The notes under the pieces: model-generated
Told to the model about the DNA's origin: nothing
Seen by the model: only the letters and a program-made list of their open reading frames with translations
Database searches by the model: none
NCBI GenBank assembly: GCA_965217585.1
Contig: OZ244561.1
Span: forward strand, 928,001-992,000
Source: Candidatus Latescibacterota bacterium
Lineage (GTDB): Bacteria > Latescibacterota > UBA2968 > UBA8231
Direction of reading: 5' to 3'
DNA: 64,000 nucleotides
In this document: in pieces, positions 1 to 10,157 of the stretch
Numbering within the stretch: position 1 is the first letter of the stretch
Layout of the letters: each line of letters opens with the position of its first letter
Translations under genes and position numbers: made by a program

Positions 1-2517
1 GAACAACTCATGTCGCTGGGCCTCGGTGAGCACAGCTTCGCTGTACACGCTCAGCGGATCTTCCACCCCGTCCTCCACCTTTTCCAGCGAGGCTTCGGAG
101 AAGAAGCGACCCAGGCTCGGCACTTGCCGCTCGTACCTGAGACGGGTGTAGCGCACCTTGCTGGGCGAGGAGCCGGCGATTTGCTCGGCTTGTAAGGCCC
201 CCAGAGTCCAGGTCAGATCCGGCACCAGTCTGTACTGCCCGTACAGGTGCAGCCCTCGCAAATCGGGGTCGTAGGGATAGTCGGCCTCCCAGTCGTTCTC
301 GCGCGTGTCAATGAAGTCGTTGTGGTTGAGATCTACACCGTAGTCGTAGTCCTGCGGGTCCGCGTCGTACATGAGGAAGGGTTCCACATGATCCGGCGTG
401 CCATTGTAGTTCCGGTTGTGGTCGGGCACGCCATCGCGGTCCTCGTCCGTGCCCGGGAAGATGCCATCGACATCCGCTTGTCCCTGGTTGGGCGAATATA
501 TCCTGTTGTACCAGCTATCGGGAAAGCGGTCGTCGTCGTCGTTGTCTTCGACCAAGCGGTGGATCATGGTATTGTTGTAGGCGATTGGATTGCCGAAAAA
601 GTCGGTCTCATCGCGCCCGACATAGGTGCGTAGTTCCGTGCTGTACAGGGGCCCCATGGAAAAGTACTCCACCCCGAAGCCCCAGCGGCGGGCGCGGCGC
701 TCCACGGCCATATAATAGGCGCGGTCGCCAATGGTGCTCCGCTTTCCCGGCAGTTGCTCCCGGTTGGTCGCGTTTATGCCGAGGGCGTCCAGGGGTACGC
801 GCGGGGCGGGCGGACCGCTGGCGTACTGGGAGAAGCTGCTGCTGTGGGCGAATTCGGCGCGGATCTGGAAGCCTTTGAGAACCCCGTGGACATGGGCGCT
901 GTACAGGTTCAAGCCCGTGGGCGTGCCCGCCTCGATTTGGAGCCGCTTCAAGGCGCCGGCCTGGGGGTTGCCTTTGGCGCGGGCAACCGGGCGGAAAAAG
1001 GTGGCGTAGCGATAGCGCCCCTTGTAGTTGACCCCCGGTGGATTGAGGTCGGTGCCGGCCTGGTCGATTTCCGCCACTTCAATGTGGTAGTCGTTGGCCA
1101 AGGTCAGGTCGACGCGCACCGAGCGAATCGGCTCTCCAAAGGGCTCTAGGTCAATGTACAGGATGCCGTATTCCCGTCCATCAAAGGCCTGCGGCAAATC
1201 CCTCCGGGTGTGCAGGCCGAGGAATTGACCATCGGGATTGAGGGCGGATCGCTCGGCCTGCTGGTGGGCGAATTCGCCGTGCACAGTAATCGGGTCCTCG
1301 GTCTCCTGATCGGCGTTGATCACATGGTCGGGACCAAAGAGTTTGAAGTCGCGGTAGTAGAGGTGGTCGATCCAGAAGGGGAATTCGTATCCCCGATAGT
1401 AGAGATCCGGGTCAAAGCCGGCATAGCCGATGTAGGGGTCATACGAACTGAAGACCGACCCCCGGTTGACCGACTGGTAGTCGTTGGGCACGGGGGGAAG
1501 GGGTTTGCGCTCGCCGCTGCGGAGCAGATCTTGGACATAGGGTTGGCGTTGCTCTCCCCGCTTGAAGAGGCGGACGATGAAGGGCTCCAGTTCCGGCCGC
1601 TCCCGGCCATTGACGTAGATATCGACTTGGTGGATCACTGGCCCTCCCCTCCCGTCTAGGGGCGAATCGTCCGATATGCGAATGGCGATCAAGGCCGGCG
1701 CATTCTGCATGGCGCCCGGCACGCCCTTGAGTGACCGGCTCCCCTCGCCCATCAGCGGTTCGTACTGATGGGCGTTGATGAAAGTGCCGCCAAAGTGGAG
1801 AAAGCCCACCTGGCGCTGGTAGTGCAGGCCCAGCAGCATGGCCTTGGCTTTGAGCTGGTGATTGGCTTCGACAGTGCCCAGACTGAGGGGGCCGTGGATG
1901 CGCGAGAACACGGCGGAGAAGGCGTCCCGTCTGGTGCCCAGATCCAGGCGCAGGCCGTTGAAATTGGCCCGCTTCAGGGTCAGCGGCGTGAACTTGGTGC
2001 GGATTTCGTCGCCGTAGATGATGCGAGACTGCCAGGCATCGGTGCCGTCCGTACCCACGATCACATAGTTGAAAAGTTGCCGGTAGCTGGCGTAGAGATT
2101 GCGCTCGACGTTTTGGACGCTGATAAAATCGGTGAAATCCTCGGGGGCTTCACCGTGGAATCTGACCTCGTCTAGGCTGGTAAACCCGCGCTCGATGCCG
2201 CGGCCCCGGCGCTCGATCCAACTGATGGCCTCGGAGCCGTAGAGCAGGCGATCTCCCAGCACACTGTAGAACGGCCGCAATGTGGTGGTGAAGGGCGGCT
2301 GCCGGGAATATGCCATTGAGCCGTAGTTTTGGTAGCGCATTTCCCCAAAACGCCCCACAAAGGGCTGGACCGGGAGCAGGCGCTGTGGACCCAAACGGGG
2401 CTGCTCCGGCACATCCCGATCCTCTTGTCCGAAAAGGCTTGCCGGCACCAAGCACAGGATCGCGAGTCCAGAGCGGGCCAAAGACGCGATTGAGCGGCAA
2501 TGCTGGTAGCGGCGCAC
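1..2517 (-). CDS. Large exported hypothetical protein, 3'-truncated by the window edge, with DxDxDG-like Ca-binding loops
   Basis: Manual minus-strand translation is open from about 2517 (GTG, start uncertain) to base 1: ...GLAILCLVPASLFGQEDRD...EDNDDDDRFPD...DEDRDGVPD...DLNHNDFID...RHELF. Missing from the ORF track, presumably because its stop is outside the window. Confidence 0.8.
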   Translation of the reverse strand, partial: MRRYQHCRSIASLARSGLAILCLVPASLFGQEDRDVPEQPRLGPQRLLPVQPFVGRFGEMRYQNYGSMAYSRQPPFTTTLRPFYSVLGDRLLYGSEAISWIERRGRGIERGFTSLDEVRFHGEAPEDFTDFISVQNVERNLYASYRQLFNYVIVGTDGTDAWQSRIIYGDEIRTKFTPLTLKRANFNGLRLDLGTRRDAFSAVFSRIHGPLSLGTVEANHQLKAKAMLLGLHYQRQVGFLHFGGTFINAHQYEPLMGEGSRSLKGVPGAMQNAPALIAIRISDDSPLDGRGGPVIHQVDIYVNGRERPELEPFIVRLFKRGEQRQPYVQDLLRSGERKPLPPVPNDYQSVNRGSVFSSYDPYIGYAGFDPDLYYRGYEFPFWIDHLYYRDFKLFGPDHVINADQETEDPITVHGEFAHQQAERSALNPDGQFLGLHTRRDLPQAFDGREYGILYIDLEPFGEPIRSVRVDLTLANDYHIEVAEIDQAGTDLNPPGVNYKGRYRYATFFRPVARAKGNPQAGALKRLQIEAGTPTGLNLYSAHVHGVLKGFQIRAEFAHSSSFSQYASGPPAPRVPLDALGINATNREQLPGKRSTIGDRAYYMAVERRARRWGFGVEYFSMGPLYSTELRTYVGRDETDFFGNPIAYNNTMIHRLVEDNDDDDRFPDSWYNRIYSPNQGQADVDGIFPGTDEDRDGVPDHNRNYNGTPDHVEPFLMYDADPQDYDYGVDLNHNDFIDTRENDWEADYPYDPDLRGLHLYGQYRLVPDLTWTLGALQAEQIAGSSPSKVRYTRLRYERQVPSLGRFFSEASLEKVEDGVEDPLSVYSEAVLTEAQRHELF

Positions 2518-2681
2518 CTGGGTGTGGAAGCACGAGGTGAGGCGGACGCGGAAGACCAGTGGTATACCGGAAAGCGTTTGCGGTTTGCACACGGGATTTA
2601 CCGGGGTTTTGGCGACGGCGTTTCACAATTTGTCCCTCAACATAGTGATTTAGCCGCAATGGACCAAAGAAAACAAAGCGG

Positions 2682-3686
2682 TCAGATCGGTCCTTTGTGG
2701 CCGCGGCCAATGGCCTCGCCTAGGCGCATGGTGTGGACGGCGTCTTCGAGGGTGGACCAGGGGGTCTGAGCCCCGAGGATGCAGTCGGCAAAGTGCCGGG
2801 TCTCGTCGAAATGGGGACCGCCGGTGGGCTCGAGATCCAGTTCGCCTCGATAGGGCGCTCCGCGGGTGCCTTGGCCGCGGCCCTGATCGACGGCCTGGTA
2901 CAGTTCGCACTCGGGCGCTCCGTTGAGGTCGAGGTAGGCGGAGAAATCCTCGGCGTGCACCTCGGCGCGGCGGATGCGAAAACCCACGCCGCTGTGGTGC
3001 ATCATGGTGGCGATGGCGCCGCTAGCGAAGTGGATGACGGCGTTGTGGCGGCCGGCCCCGTCGCGCTCGCCTTGTTTGATCAGTGAGTAGACTGCCGTAG
3101 CTCTAGCCGCTTCAGTGGGGGTGCGGCCGGCCAGCCAGCGCAGCAGGTCGACGTGATGGATGGCGTCGCAGATAATCGAAGGGGGCGTGAGATGGGCCCA
3201 AGCTCTGGAGCCGATCAGATCGAGGTGCTTGTTGTATGTGGCGGCGCAGTGCACCGGCCCGCCTCTCTGCTGCACTAGGCGGCGGACGGCCAGGACTTGG
3301 GGGAAGTAGCGGCGGTTGAAGGAGACCATGTTCTCGCCTTTGCTGCGGCGGGCAACCGCGGCCAATTTCTCGGTATCGGATGCACTCATGCCCGGGGGTT
3401 TTTCCAAGGAAGTGTGCAGGTCGCGCTGGAGGCAGTCAATGGCAATGGGGGTAAGGTGGCCGGGCATGGTGCAGATGTGGACCAGATCCAGAGCGCAGGT
3501 ATCGAGCATCCGGCGGTAGTCGGCAAAGGCGCGTTCGGGCTTCCATTGGCGGCGATTCTGCTCCAGCCGTTTGCCGTCGACTTCGCTGATGGCCACTAGG
3601 TGCAGTCGGGGTTCGGCGGCGATCATGCGGAAGTGCTCTTGGGCGTGGCCACCGCAGCCGATGACGGCGACTTTCAAATCTGCCAT
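2682..3686 (-). CDS. Gfo/Idh/MocA family oxidoreductase
   Basis: MADLKVAVIGCGGHA Rossmann start, LEKPPG, FNRRY and DAIHHVD motifs; GGAGGA RBS before the ATG at 3686. Confidence 0.9.
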   Translation of the reverse strand: MADLKVAVIGCGGHAQEHFRMIAAEPRLHLVAISEVDGKRLEQNRRQWKPERAFADYRRMLDTCALDLVHICTMPGHLTPIAIDCLQRDLHTSLEKPPGMSASDTEKLAAVARRSKGENMVSFNRRYFPQVLAVRRLVQQRGGPVHCAATYNKHLDLIGSRAWAHLTPPSIICDAIHHVDLLRWLAGRTPTEAARATAVYSLIKQGERDGAGRHNAVIHFASGAIATMMHHSGVGFRIRRAEVHAEDFSAYLDLNGAPECELYQAVDQGRGQGTRGAPYRGELDLEPTGGPHFDETRHFADCILGAQTPWSTLEDAVHTMRLGEAIGRGHKGPI

Positions 3687-3714
3687 GGTCTTTCCTCCGT
3701 TAATTCGCAGAACA

Positions 3715-5658
3715 TCAATAGACCGGAATGCGATTGCCCACCATGCCGGTAAAACCGTCGATGAGCAGCCACAGGCCGCCCACGACGAATTGCCCCAGCA
3801 CAATCCCGAGGAAAAACGGTCTGGTCTTTTGGTACAGGGCCGGGCCGCCGTACTTCAGCACCAGCACCTTTATCATCCAGGCCAAGAAGACGGAAAACCA
3901 GATATTGACCATGGCCCAGCCCATACTGACGGCAAACCCGAGGGGGTGAAAGGGCCACCAGATAAATTTGTGGCGGGCGATCATCAGGCCCGCCATGATC
4001 AGACCGCCCACTGCGGTCCACAGCCAGCCGCTCAGGCTCGGTCCGGTGGGGTTGGCCAGTTTTTGGGCGGCGAAACTCGAGGGATACGTGGCAAAGGTGC
4101 CAAAGTACTGGCGGTGAAGATTCAGCGCTCCGTCGCGGTAGGCTAGGTAGAGCAGGAACCAAGTGGAGACCACCAAGCTGATCAACATGGCCGCGACAAT
4201 GGCTCCGAGCAGGGCCCGCTGGCCTCTGGTCGTCTCGCTGCCGAGGCGCAGGCCATTGGCCAGCGGCGCGGCCATGAAGACCAGCAGGTCGCCGGCCCAG
4301 GCCAGGGTGTACCCGGTGGCGATCATGCCCTTGGCACCCAAGGCGGGGACGCCGACTCCAGAAACGACAAAACCAGCCGGAACCATCTCCGGGGTTACAG
4401 TGGCCAACCCGGCCTCGGCAATGACGCGCGCCAAGCCGATGAAGATGACCAGAGCGGCAAAGAGGAAAAAGGGCGTGATCCAGCCGGGAATGCCCGATTT
4501 CCACAGCCAGGATCCCATGATGGCCACGCCGAGGCAAAAACCGCAGACCGCCGTCCTGTAGGACATGATTTCGCGGGTATCGTCTATTGGGGCATTCTTG
4601 TCCAGGGCTTTGTGCAGGACCGCCTTGAGATGGGGGCGTGCGGTCCACAGACCAAAGAGAACGAGGATGATTAAGGCGCCCATCATTTGATGGCCCACAA
4701 TTGCGCCTATGGGTCCGGAGCCGGTCCAGGGGCCCAGTTCTTCCGGACTGTGAATCCCCAGAATTGAGAAGGTGCCCCTCTCAATCAGGTGGAGTAGGTA
4801 GAAGAACCAGAGGCTAAAGGAAATACTGGTATTGATGAAGTAGGCAAAGCCGAACATCAGGAGGTTGAGCCTGAGATTCAGGGTGACACTGTTGCGAAAG
4901 AGCGCTAGGCTGGCCTGGGCTTCGATCGGCGAGATAAAGTAGAAGTAGTGGTGCAGGGCATTGACGCTGTTGATCGCGAAGGGGATGGCAAAACCGCACC
5001 ACATGATGCTGCTTTTGAAAAAGGGCTTGACGAGCTGTTCTTTGGCGTCGTCTTGGAGCATGGCCATGGGCACCTGGACAAGCGGGTAGACCAGACGCTC
5101 GTGTTCGCTCCACTGGCGCCGCAGAATGACTGTGGCGCAAATGAGGATCAGGTAGAGCGAGGCGTAGAAGGCCAGCCAGCGGAGCAGGGGACCCGCCCAG
5201 ATGTTCCAGGGAATGCGCAGCGGACCGCTGGTGCCCTCGTAGAAACCCTTGATGGCGGATGCGTCGTACACCACCAGCCAGTCCGAGAGGATGGGATGGA
5301 TCAATTCGGCCCACTCGTTCTCGGGGGTAGCGTAGTAGAAGGTGCCGGTGATCATGGGCAACAACATGCCGACCACGCCGCGAGTGGGAATGGCGGTTGC
5401 CACCATCATCATGATGAAGACGGTAATGAGTTCGCCCCGCTGAAAGGCCCAGTTGCGCTTGAGCAGACCCAGCGGGATATGAATGGTAGCCAGCAGGACG
5501 AAGAGCAGGAAGAAGGCCGCGGGCGTGCAGGAACTGAGTCCGAGTCGGGTGCCCTGAATCACCATGCTGCCGTAGGGAATGCCGATGGCGATGACTACGC
5601 ACATCAGGCATCCCACGAGAAAACCGCGCAAGGTGATGGCCGTCTGCTGGGCAGGCAT
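3715..5658 (-). CDS. Multi-pass membrane protein, DUF6785/DUF6784 (OPT-like putative transporter)
   Basis: 647 aa, many TM segments; motifs RRQWSEHERLVYPL, ARVIAEAG, WWPFHPLGF, KYGGPALY. Confidence 0.75.
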   Translation of the reverse strand: MPAQQTAITLRGFLVGCLMCVVIAIGIPYGSMVIQGTRLGLSSCTPAAFFLLFVLLATIHIPLGLLKRNWAFQRGELITVFIMMMVATAIPTRGVVGMLLPMITGTFYYATPENEWAELIHPILSDWLVVYDASAIKGFYEGTSGPLRIPWNIWAGPLLRWLAFYASLYLILICATVILRRQWSEHERLVYPLVQVPMAMLQDDAKEQLVKPFFKSSIMWCGFAIPFAINSVNALHHYFYFISPIEAQASLALFRNSVTLNLRLNLLMFGFAYFINTSISFSLWFFYLLHLIERGTFSILGIHSPEELGPWTGSGPIGAIVGHQMMGALIILVLFGLWTARPHLKAVLHKALDKNAPIDDTREIMSYRTAVCGFCLGVAIMGSWLWKSGIPGWITPFFLFAALVIFIGLARVIAEAGLATVTPEMVPAGFVVSGVGVPALGAKGMIATGYTLAWAGDLLVFMAAPLANGLRLGSETTRGQRALLGAIVAAMLISLVVSTWFLLYLAYRDGALNLHRQYFGTFATYPSSFAAQKLANPTGPSLSGWLWTAVGGLIMAGLMIARHKFIWWPFHPLGFAVSMGWAMVNIWFSVFLAWMIKVLVLKYGGPALYQKTRPFFLGIVLGQFVVGGLWLLIDGFTGMVGNRIPVY

Positions 5659-5725
5659 CTTCAGCTCCCTTCAACGCGGATAATTGGCCAAGTTCGAAAT
5701 TGGACCAACCTTGTAGCAGATTGCT

Positions 5726-6424
5726 TCACTCCAACCGCTCTGCGAGCAGGCGGGGCAGTTCGCCTAGGTGGGCTATTTGGTGGTATTGCTGGCGCTCGGC
5801 CTCGGAGGGCTCGACGCTTTCGTGGGTCCAAGTAGTGTGATAAGGCACATAGACGGCGCATCCGCCCAAGGCGACGACGGGCAGGACATCCGACTTGAGC
5901 GAATTGCCCACCATGCAGAAATCGGCGGCACGGACGCCGTGGCGCTGCAGCAGGGCCGCGTAGGTTTGCTCGTTTTTGTCGCTGACGATTTCGATATAGG
6001 TGAAGTGATCGGCCAAGTCGGAGCGGGCGATCTTGACCTCTTGGTCGAACAAATCGCCCTTGGTCAGCAGCATCAGGGGACGAGTTCGGGCCAAGCGGGT
6101 GAGCACTTCCTCGACGTGGGGCAGCGGTTCGATGGGCATTTGCAGCAGCTCTTTGCCATAGTCCAAAATCTGGCGGATTTGCTGCCCGGTTACCGCGCCC
6201 TGCGTCAGATCGAGGGCCGTCTCGATCATGGACAAGGTGAAACCTTTGATGCCGTAGCCAAAGTGAGCTAGGTTGCGCATTTCAGTCTCGTACAGCTCCC
6301 GCTCGGTCCACGCCGGATCGCAGTCGGGGGCCAACAGATGCTTAAAGCGGTCTTTGGCCGTTTCAAAGTAGATCTCGTTTTCCCACAGGGTATCGTCGGC
6401 GTCAAAGGCAATCAGGGCGGGCAT
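5726..6424 (-). CDS. HAD family hydrolase
   Basis: IAFDADDTLW motif I, LTKGD, MVGNSLKSD. Confidence 0.9.
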   Translation of the reverse strand: MPALIAFDADDTLWENEIYFETAKDRFKHLLAPDCDPAWTERELYETEMRNLAHFGYGIKGFTLSMIETALDLTQGAVTGQQIRQILDYGKELLQMPIEPLPHVEEVLTRLARTRPLMLLTKGDLFDQEVKIARSDLADHFTYIEIVSDKNEQTYAALLQRHGVRAADFCMVGNSLKSDVLPVVALGGCAVYVPYHTTWTHESVEPSEAERQQYHQIAHLGELPRLLAERLE

Positions 6425-6497
6425 GGCTGGCTGTGTTTTTTTCGGTAATCAACCAACACAATCTTACCTCGGCCTCGGCGGGCAGGACGGTCGCCCA

Positions 6498-6899
6498 TCA
6501 TAGGTGCAGCAGCGGCTGGTCGGGGGAGAGGGGATTGGGGACCAGTTTTTGCCCTGAAAGGTCGATGTGCCAGTCCATTTCTTCGAGCGGAACGGCCCCC
6601 AGCAGCGGTTGGGTGCCACGAGGCAGTTCAATGGCTCTGACCTGACATATTCGTCCCTGCACTTCGAGCTCGACCATGCCTAAGACGCGGCATTCGCGCT
6701 GGGGGCCATCGGCGGTAACCACGCGCATGGCCCCCAGATCTTCGAGCTTGAGAGGGTCCATGAGTTCAGCGGGAAGTGCCAATTCAGCGGCACCGGAGTC
6801 CACCAGCATGTCACAGGAGACTTCTCGCCCCTGTTTGCCCGGCGGTAGGAACCGATTCTGCCAGTTTCTCATTTTGGCGGGAACGCGAAAGATGCCCAA
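6498..6899 (-). CDS. Clan AA (retropepsin-like) aspartic protease
   Basis: LVDSGA catalytic motif, TADG flap, LLGAVPLEEMD; GGAGGA RBS then TTG at 6899. Confidence 0.8.
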   Translation of the reverse strand: MGIFRVPAKMRNWQNRFLPPGKQGREVSCDMLVDSGAAELALPAELMDPLKLEDLGAMRVVTADGPQRECRVLGMVELEVQGRICQVRAIELPRGTQPLLGAVPLEEMDWHIDLSGQKLVPNPLSPDQPLLHL

Positions 6900-7038
6900 T
6901 AGATTATCCTCCGTAGTGTCGTTTTCAAATAATACGTTATAGATTATGAATACCTTTGAGCCGCGCAAGGTCGGCTCCGGCTGGCCCCGGAAGTGGATCG
7001 CCCTCTCCGCGCCCACCCTCTTCACAATGAGCTAGCTT

Positions 7039-10000
7039 ATGCCGACGCATCGACTGCGCTTCTTGCCCTTTCTGTCCATCCTACTCTGGGTCGTCCTGCT
7101 CGACGGAGCTTGGGCCCAGTCCCAAGCGACCACTGGCGTAATCCGCGGCTTGGTCTGGGATCAGTTTAGCAACCCCATCGGCAACGCCACCGTCGCGCTC
7201 AAGGAAACCCGCACCAACTACGAGCGCACCCTTACCTCATCCGATCTGGGGCTGTTTACCGCGACCCTATTGCCCCTCGGCTTCTACGACGTGACGGTAC
7301 AAGCGACCGAACAGGCCGAAGTGCGGCAGACCGGGGTGCAAGTGCGAGTCGGTGAGACCGTAGAATTGATCGTCAAAATGCTGCCGCAGATGGAGGAAAT
7401 GGTCGTCGAGGCCGCCTTGCCCACGGTGGATATAGCCCAGAGCGAGCCAGCCACGCGCCTGCCCGAAGAGGCGGTGCAGGACCTGCCCAACAACGGGCGC
7501 AACTTCCTCAACCTAACGCTGTTGACGCCGGGCGTGGCCATAGTCCAAGGCCCCGACGGCGACGAGCTGAGCATCGGCGGGCAGCGCGGCATTCACAACA
7601 ACATCTCGGTGGATGGCGCCGATTTCAACAATCCCTTCTTCGGCGAGCAGCGCGGCGGCCAGCGCCCAGCCTTCACCTTTAATTTGGACGCGGTGGAGGA
7701 AATGGTGGTGGTGCCGCAGGGGGCTAACGCGGAATTCGGCCGCTCCAGCGGCGGCTTTGTCAACGTCATCACCAAGTCGGGCACCAACCAATTGCACGGC
7801 TCGCTGCATTTTTTTGGCAAAAACGACGCTTTGTCGGGCACGGCGCGGCACGAGGGCGTGGAGCGCGTGCCGGATTTTAACCAGGGGCAGTTCGGCTTCA
7901 CTTTGGGCGGGCCGCTGATACAGGACAAGGCATTTTTCTTTGCCGCCTACGACCAGCAGGTTTTCAGGGACACCAAGCAGGACGATAGCCAGCGCATCGA
8001 TGCTCGGCTGCGCGCGTTTATGGACGAGCAATTCAGCGGGGCACTAGCCGGCGATTACGGGCCGATTGACCGCACCAACGACGCCCGCGCTTTTCTCGCC
8101 AAAGTCGATGCCCGCCTCTCGGATGCACACTACGCCACCTTCAAATACAATTACACTTGGTCCGAGCAGGAAAACGGCACCTTTGACGTGGACTCGTGGA
8201 CCCGCAGCGCCAATGCCGTAGAAAGGGACTGGTCACACGCCTTCAACGGCAGCCTGCTGTCGCTGCTGTCCTCGACCACCACCAACGAGTTTCGCTTCCA
8301 GATTTCCCGCGAAGATCGCCCGCGACCCTACCTTGGCCCGGACAACCCCAACACCGGCCGACCCTTCCCCGATACGGGCATGGATTTTGTCCACGGCTAT
8401 CGCTTTGGTATGCCCTTCTTCATTCCGGTCGAATACTACGACACCCGCATCCAGGCGCTCGACAACATCTCCGTGGCCAAGGGCGATCACCTAATCAAAG
8501 CCGGGGTCGAGTGGAACCGCGTCGAATCCGTGCAGACCTTCATCGGCTTTGCCAATGGCCGCTACATCTTCAGTTCAATAGATGGTTTCCTCAACTTCGT
8601 CGGACAGGGCAACGGCTATGTCGAGTGCGCCGATGGCAGCACCAGCACCACTGGGGCCTGCCCCGACGGGACGGATATCACCGGGCCGGTTCTGCTCTAT
8701 TTGCAGCAGTCCGGCGTCGGCGGCCTGACCGTGGAAGAAGCGGGGACCCAAGGTATCCCGCAGCATGAATTAGCTCTGTTTGTGCAGGACAGTTGGCAGC
8801 CCTCGAACAAGCTGACGCTCAATTACGGCCTGCGCTGGGAAGCGCAGATTCAGCCCGATGTGATCACCGATCCAGACGAGGTGTTCTTCGCCGATTTCAT
8901 TGGTAAAACGGTGGCCAACGAAACGGGCACCTACGAATTCCCCTCCAACGGCACCATTCCCTCGGACTGGGATATGTTCCAGCCGCGCTTGGGGATAGCC
9001 TACGATGTGCACGGCGACAACAAGACCTTGCTGCGCGGCAGCGCCGGGATGTACTACGCCCGCATCCCGGGCTTGAACGTAGCCAGCACGCGTTCGACCA
9101 ACGGCTCGCGCGGGCAATCCATTTTCCGCTCTAGCGCCCTGACGCCCGTTTTGGGGCCGCCGCCGACCTACGGCGAATTGTTGCCCGCGCCCGCCAGCGA
9201 TCCCTTCCGGCCCAATATCTTTGTCTTTGACCAGAATTTTGCAAACCCGCGCACCATCAGCGCGAATGTCGGAATTGAACGCGAATTACATGTGTCGGGT
9301 TTGGTCGGCTCCTGCGGGTACACGTACGCCCGCACCGACAATCTGACGCGCTTTGTCAACCACAATGACGCAATCTTCGGCTCTCCGTGGGCAACGGGCC
9401 TAGGGGCCGATGGCAGCAACGGAATCGGCGATTTGACCGTGGTCGAGAGCACAGCTAAATCGCGCTATCACGGCCTCAGCTTCGGCTTGCGGCAGATGGT
9501 GCAAAACGACTTGCAATTCCAGCTCAACTATACATTGTCGTGGGACAAATCCGACGACGACAACGAGCGCGATCCCTTCACCTTCCGCTACGTCGACGCA
9601 ACTCAATTGGAGCACGAATGGGGCTATTCGGACCGCGACCAGCGCCACCGCTTCAATGCGTGGGCCTTGGCGGCATTGCCCGGCGGGGTTTTGCTCAACC
9701 AGCGCCTGAGCTACTATTCGGCGCAGCCAGTCTCCGCATCCTGCCCGGGCCAGCCCTCGACCAACCCGTGGGGTGCTGCCTCTGACCGGATCTGCGGCGA
9801 CGGCCGCATCATGGCGCGCAACACGCTGCGCAAGGACAACGAGTTTTTCTCCTATGACGTGCGCCTGTCGCGGCCCATATTAGTGGGCAGCGGCCAGCTA
9901 GAGGCCATTGTCGAGGTCTTCAACCTGCTCAACACGGACAACTTCCGCGACCCCTCCAGCGCCGGCCTACTGTTCAACTTCGACGGCACCGTGCAGTCTG

Positions 10001-10050
10001 GCTTGGGCGACCCGCGCCAAGTGCAAATCGGCTTGCGCTACGTCTATTGA
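7039..10050 (+). CDS. TonB-dependent receptor, Oar-like, with N-terminal carboxypeptidase-regulatory-like domain
   Basis: Signal peptide, LPNNGRNF, AEFGRSSGGFVNVITKSGTN, LFVQDSW, FQPRLGIAYD, C-terminal PRQVQIGLRYVY. Confidence 0.92.
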   Translation: MPTHRLRFLPFLSILLWVVLLDGAWAQSQATTGVIRGLVWDQFSNPIGNATVALKETRTNYERTLTSSDLGLFTATLLPLGFYDVTVQATEQAEVRQTGVQVRVGETVELIVKMLPQMEEMVVEAALPTVDIAQSEPATRLPEEAVQDLPNNGRNFLNLTLLTPGVAIVQGPDGDELSIGGQRGIHNNISVDGADFNNPFFGEQRGGQRPAFTFNLDAVEEMVVVPQGANAEFGRSSGGFVNVITKSGTNQLHGSLHFFGKNDALSGTARHEGVERVPDFNQGQFGFTLGGPLIQDKAFFFAAYDQQVFRDTKQDDSQRIDARLRAFMDEQFSGALAGDYGPIDRTNDARAFLAKVDARLSDAHYATFKYNYTWSEQENGTFDVDSWTRSANAVERDWSHAFNGSLLSLLSSTTTNEFRFQISREDRPRPYLGPDNPNTGRPFPDTGMDFVHGYRFGMPFFIPVEYYDTRIQALDNISVAKGDHLIKAGVEWNRVESVQTFIGFANGRYIFSSIDGFLNFVGQGNGYVECADGSTSTTGACPDGTDITGPVLLYLQQSGVGGLTVEEAGTQGIPQHELALFVQDSWQPSNKLTLNYGLRWEAQIQPDVITDPDEVFFADFIGKTVANETGTYEFPSNGTIPSDWDMFQPRLGIAYDVHGDNKTLLRGSAGMYYARIPGLNVASTRSTNGSRGQSIFRSSALTPVLGPPPTYGELLPAPASDPFRPNIFVFDQNFANPRTISANVGIERELHVSGLVGSCGYTYARTDNLTRFVNHNDAIFGSPWATGLGADGSNGIGDLTVVESTAKSRYHGLSFGLRQMVQNDLQFQLNYTLSWDKSDDDNERDPFTFRYVDATQLEHEWGYSDRDQRHRFNAWALAALPGGVLLNQRLSYYSAQPVSASCPGQPSTNPWGAASDRICGDGRIMARNTLRKDNEFFSYDVRLSRPILVGSGQLEAIVEVFNLLNTDNFRDPSSAGLLFNFDGTVQSGLGDPRQVQIGLRYVY

Positions 10051-10157
10051 GCAGCGCTGCCACAGGACTGGGAACGTTGCTATTTGTGAGTGGTCGGTAT
10101 ATCATCGACAGAAGAGTCCGGGGACCGCTCAACTCCAACACTTTCCGCGAGATTTTT

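Noticed and set aside
10-2710. Numerous + strand ORFs and the 2150-2710 minus ORF
   Set aside because: Shadow frames of the long minus-strand CDS, typical of high-GC DNA
6955-7038. Cobalamin or TPP riboswitch before the TonB receptor
   Set aside because: Only a short GAGCCG/CGGCTC hairpin; conserved boxes are absent and the space is too short
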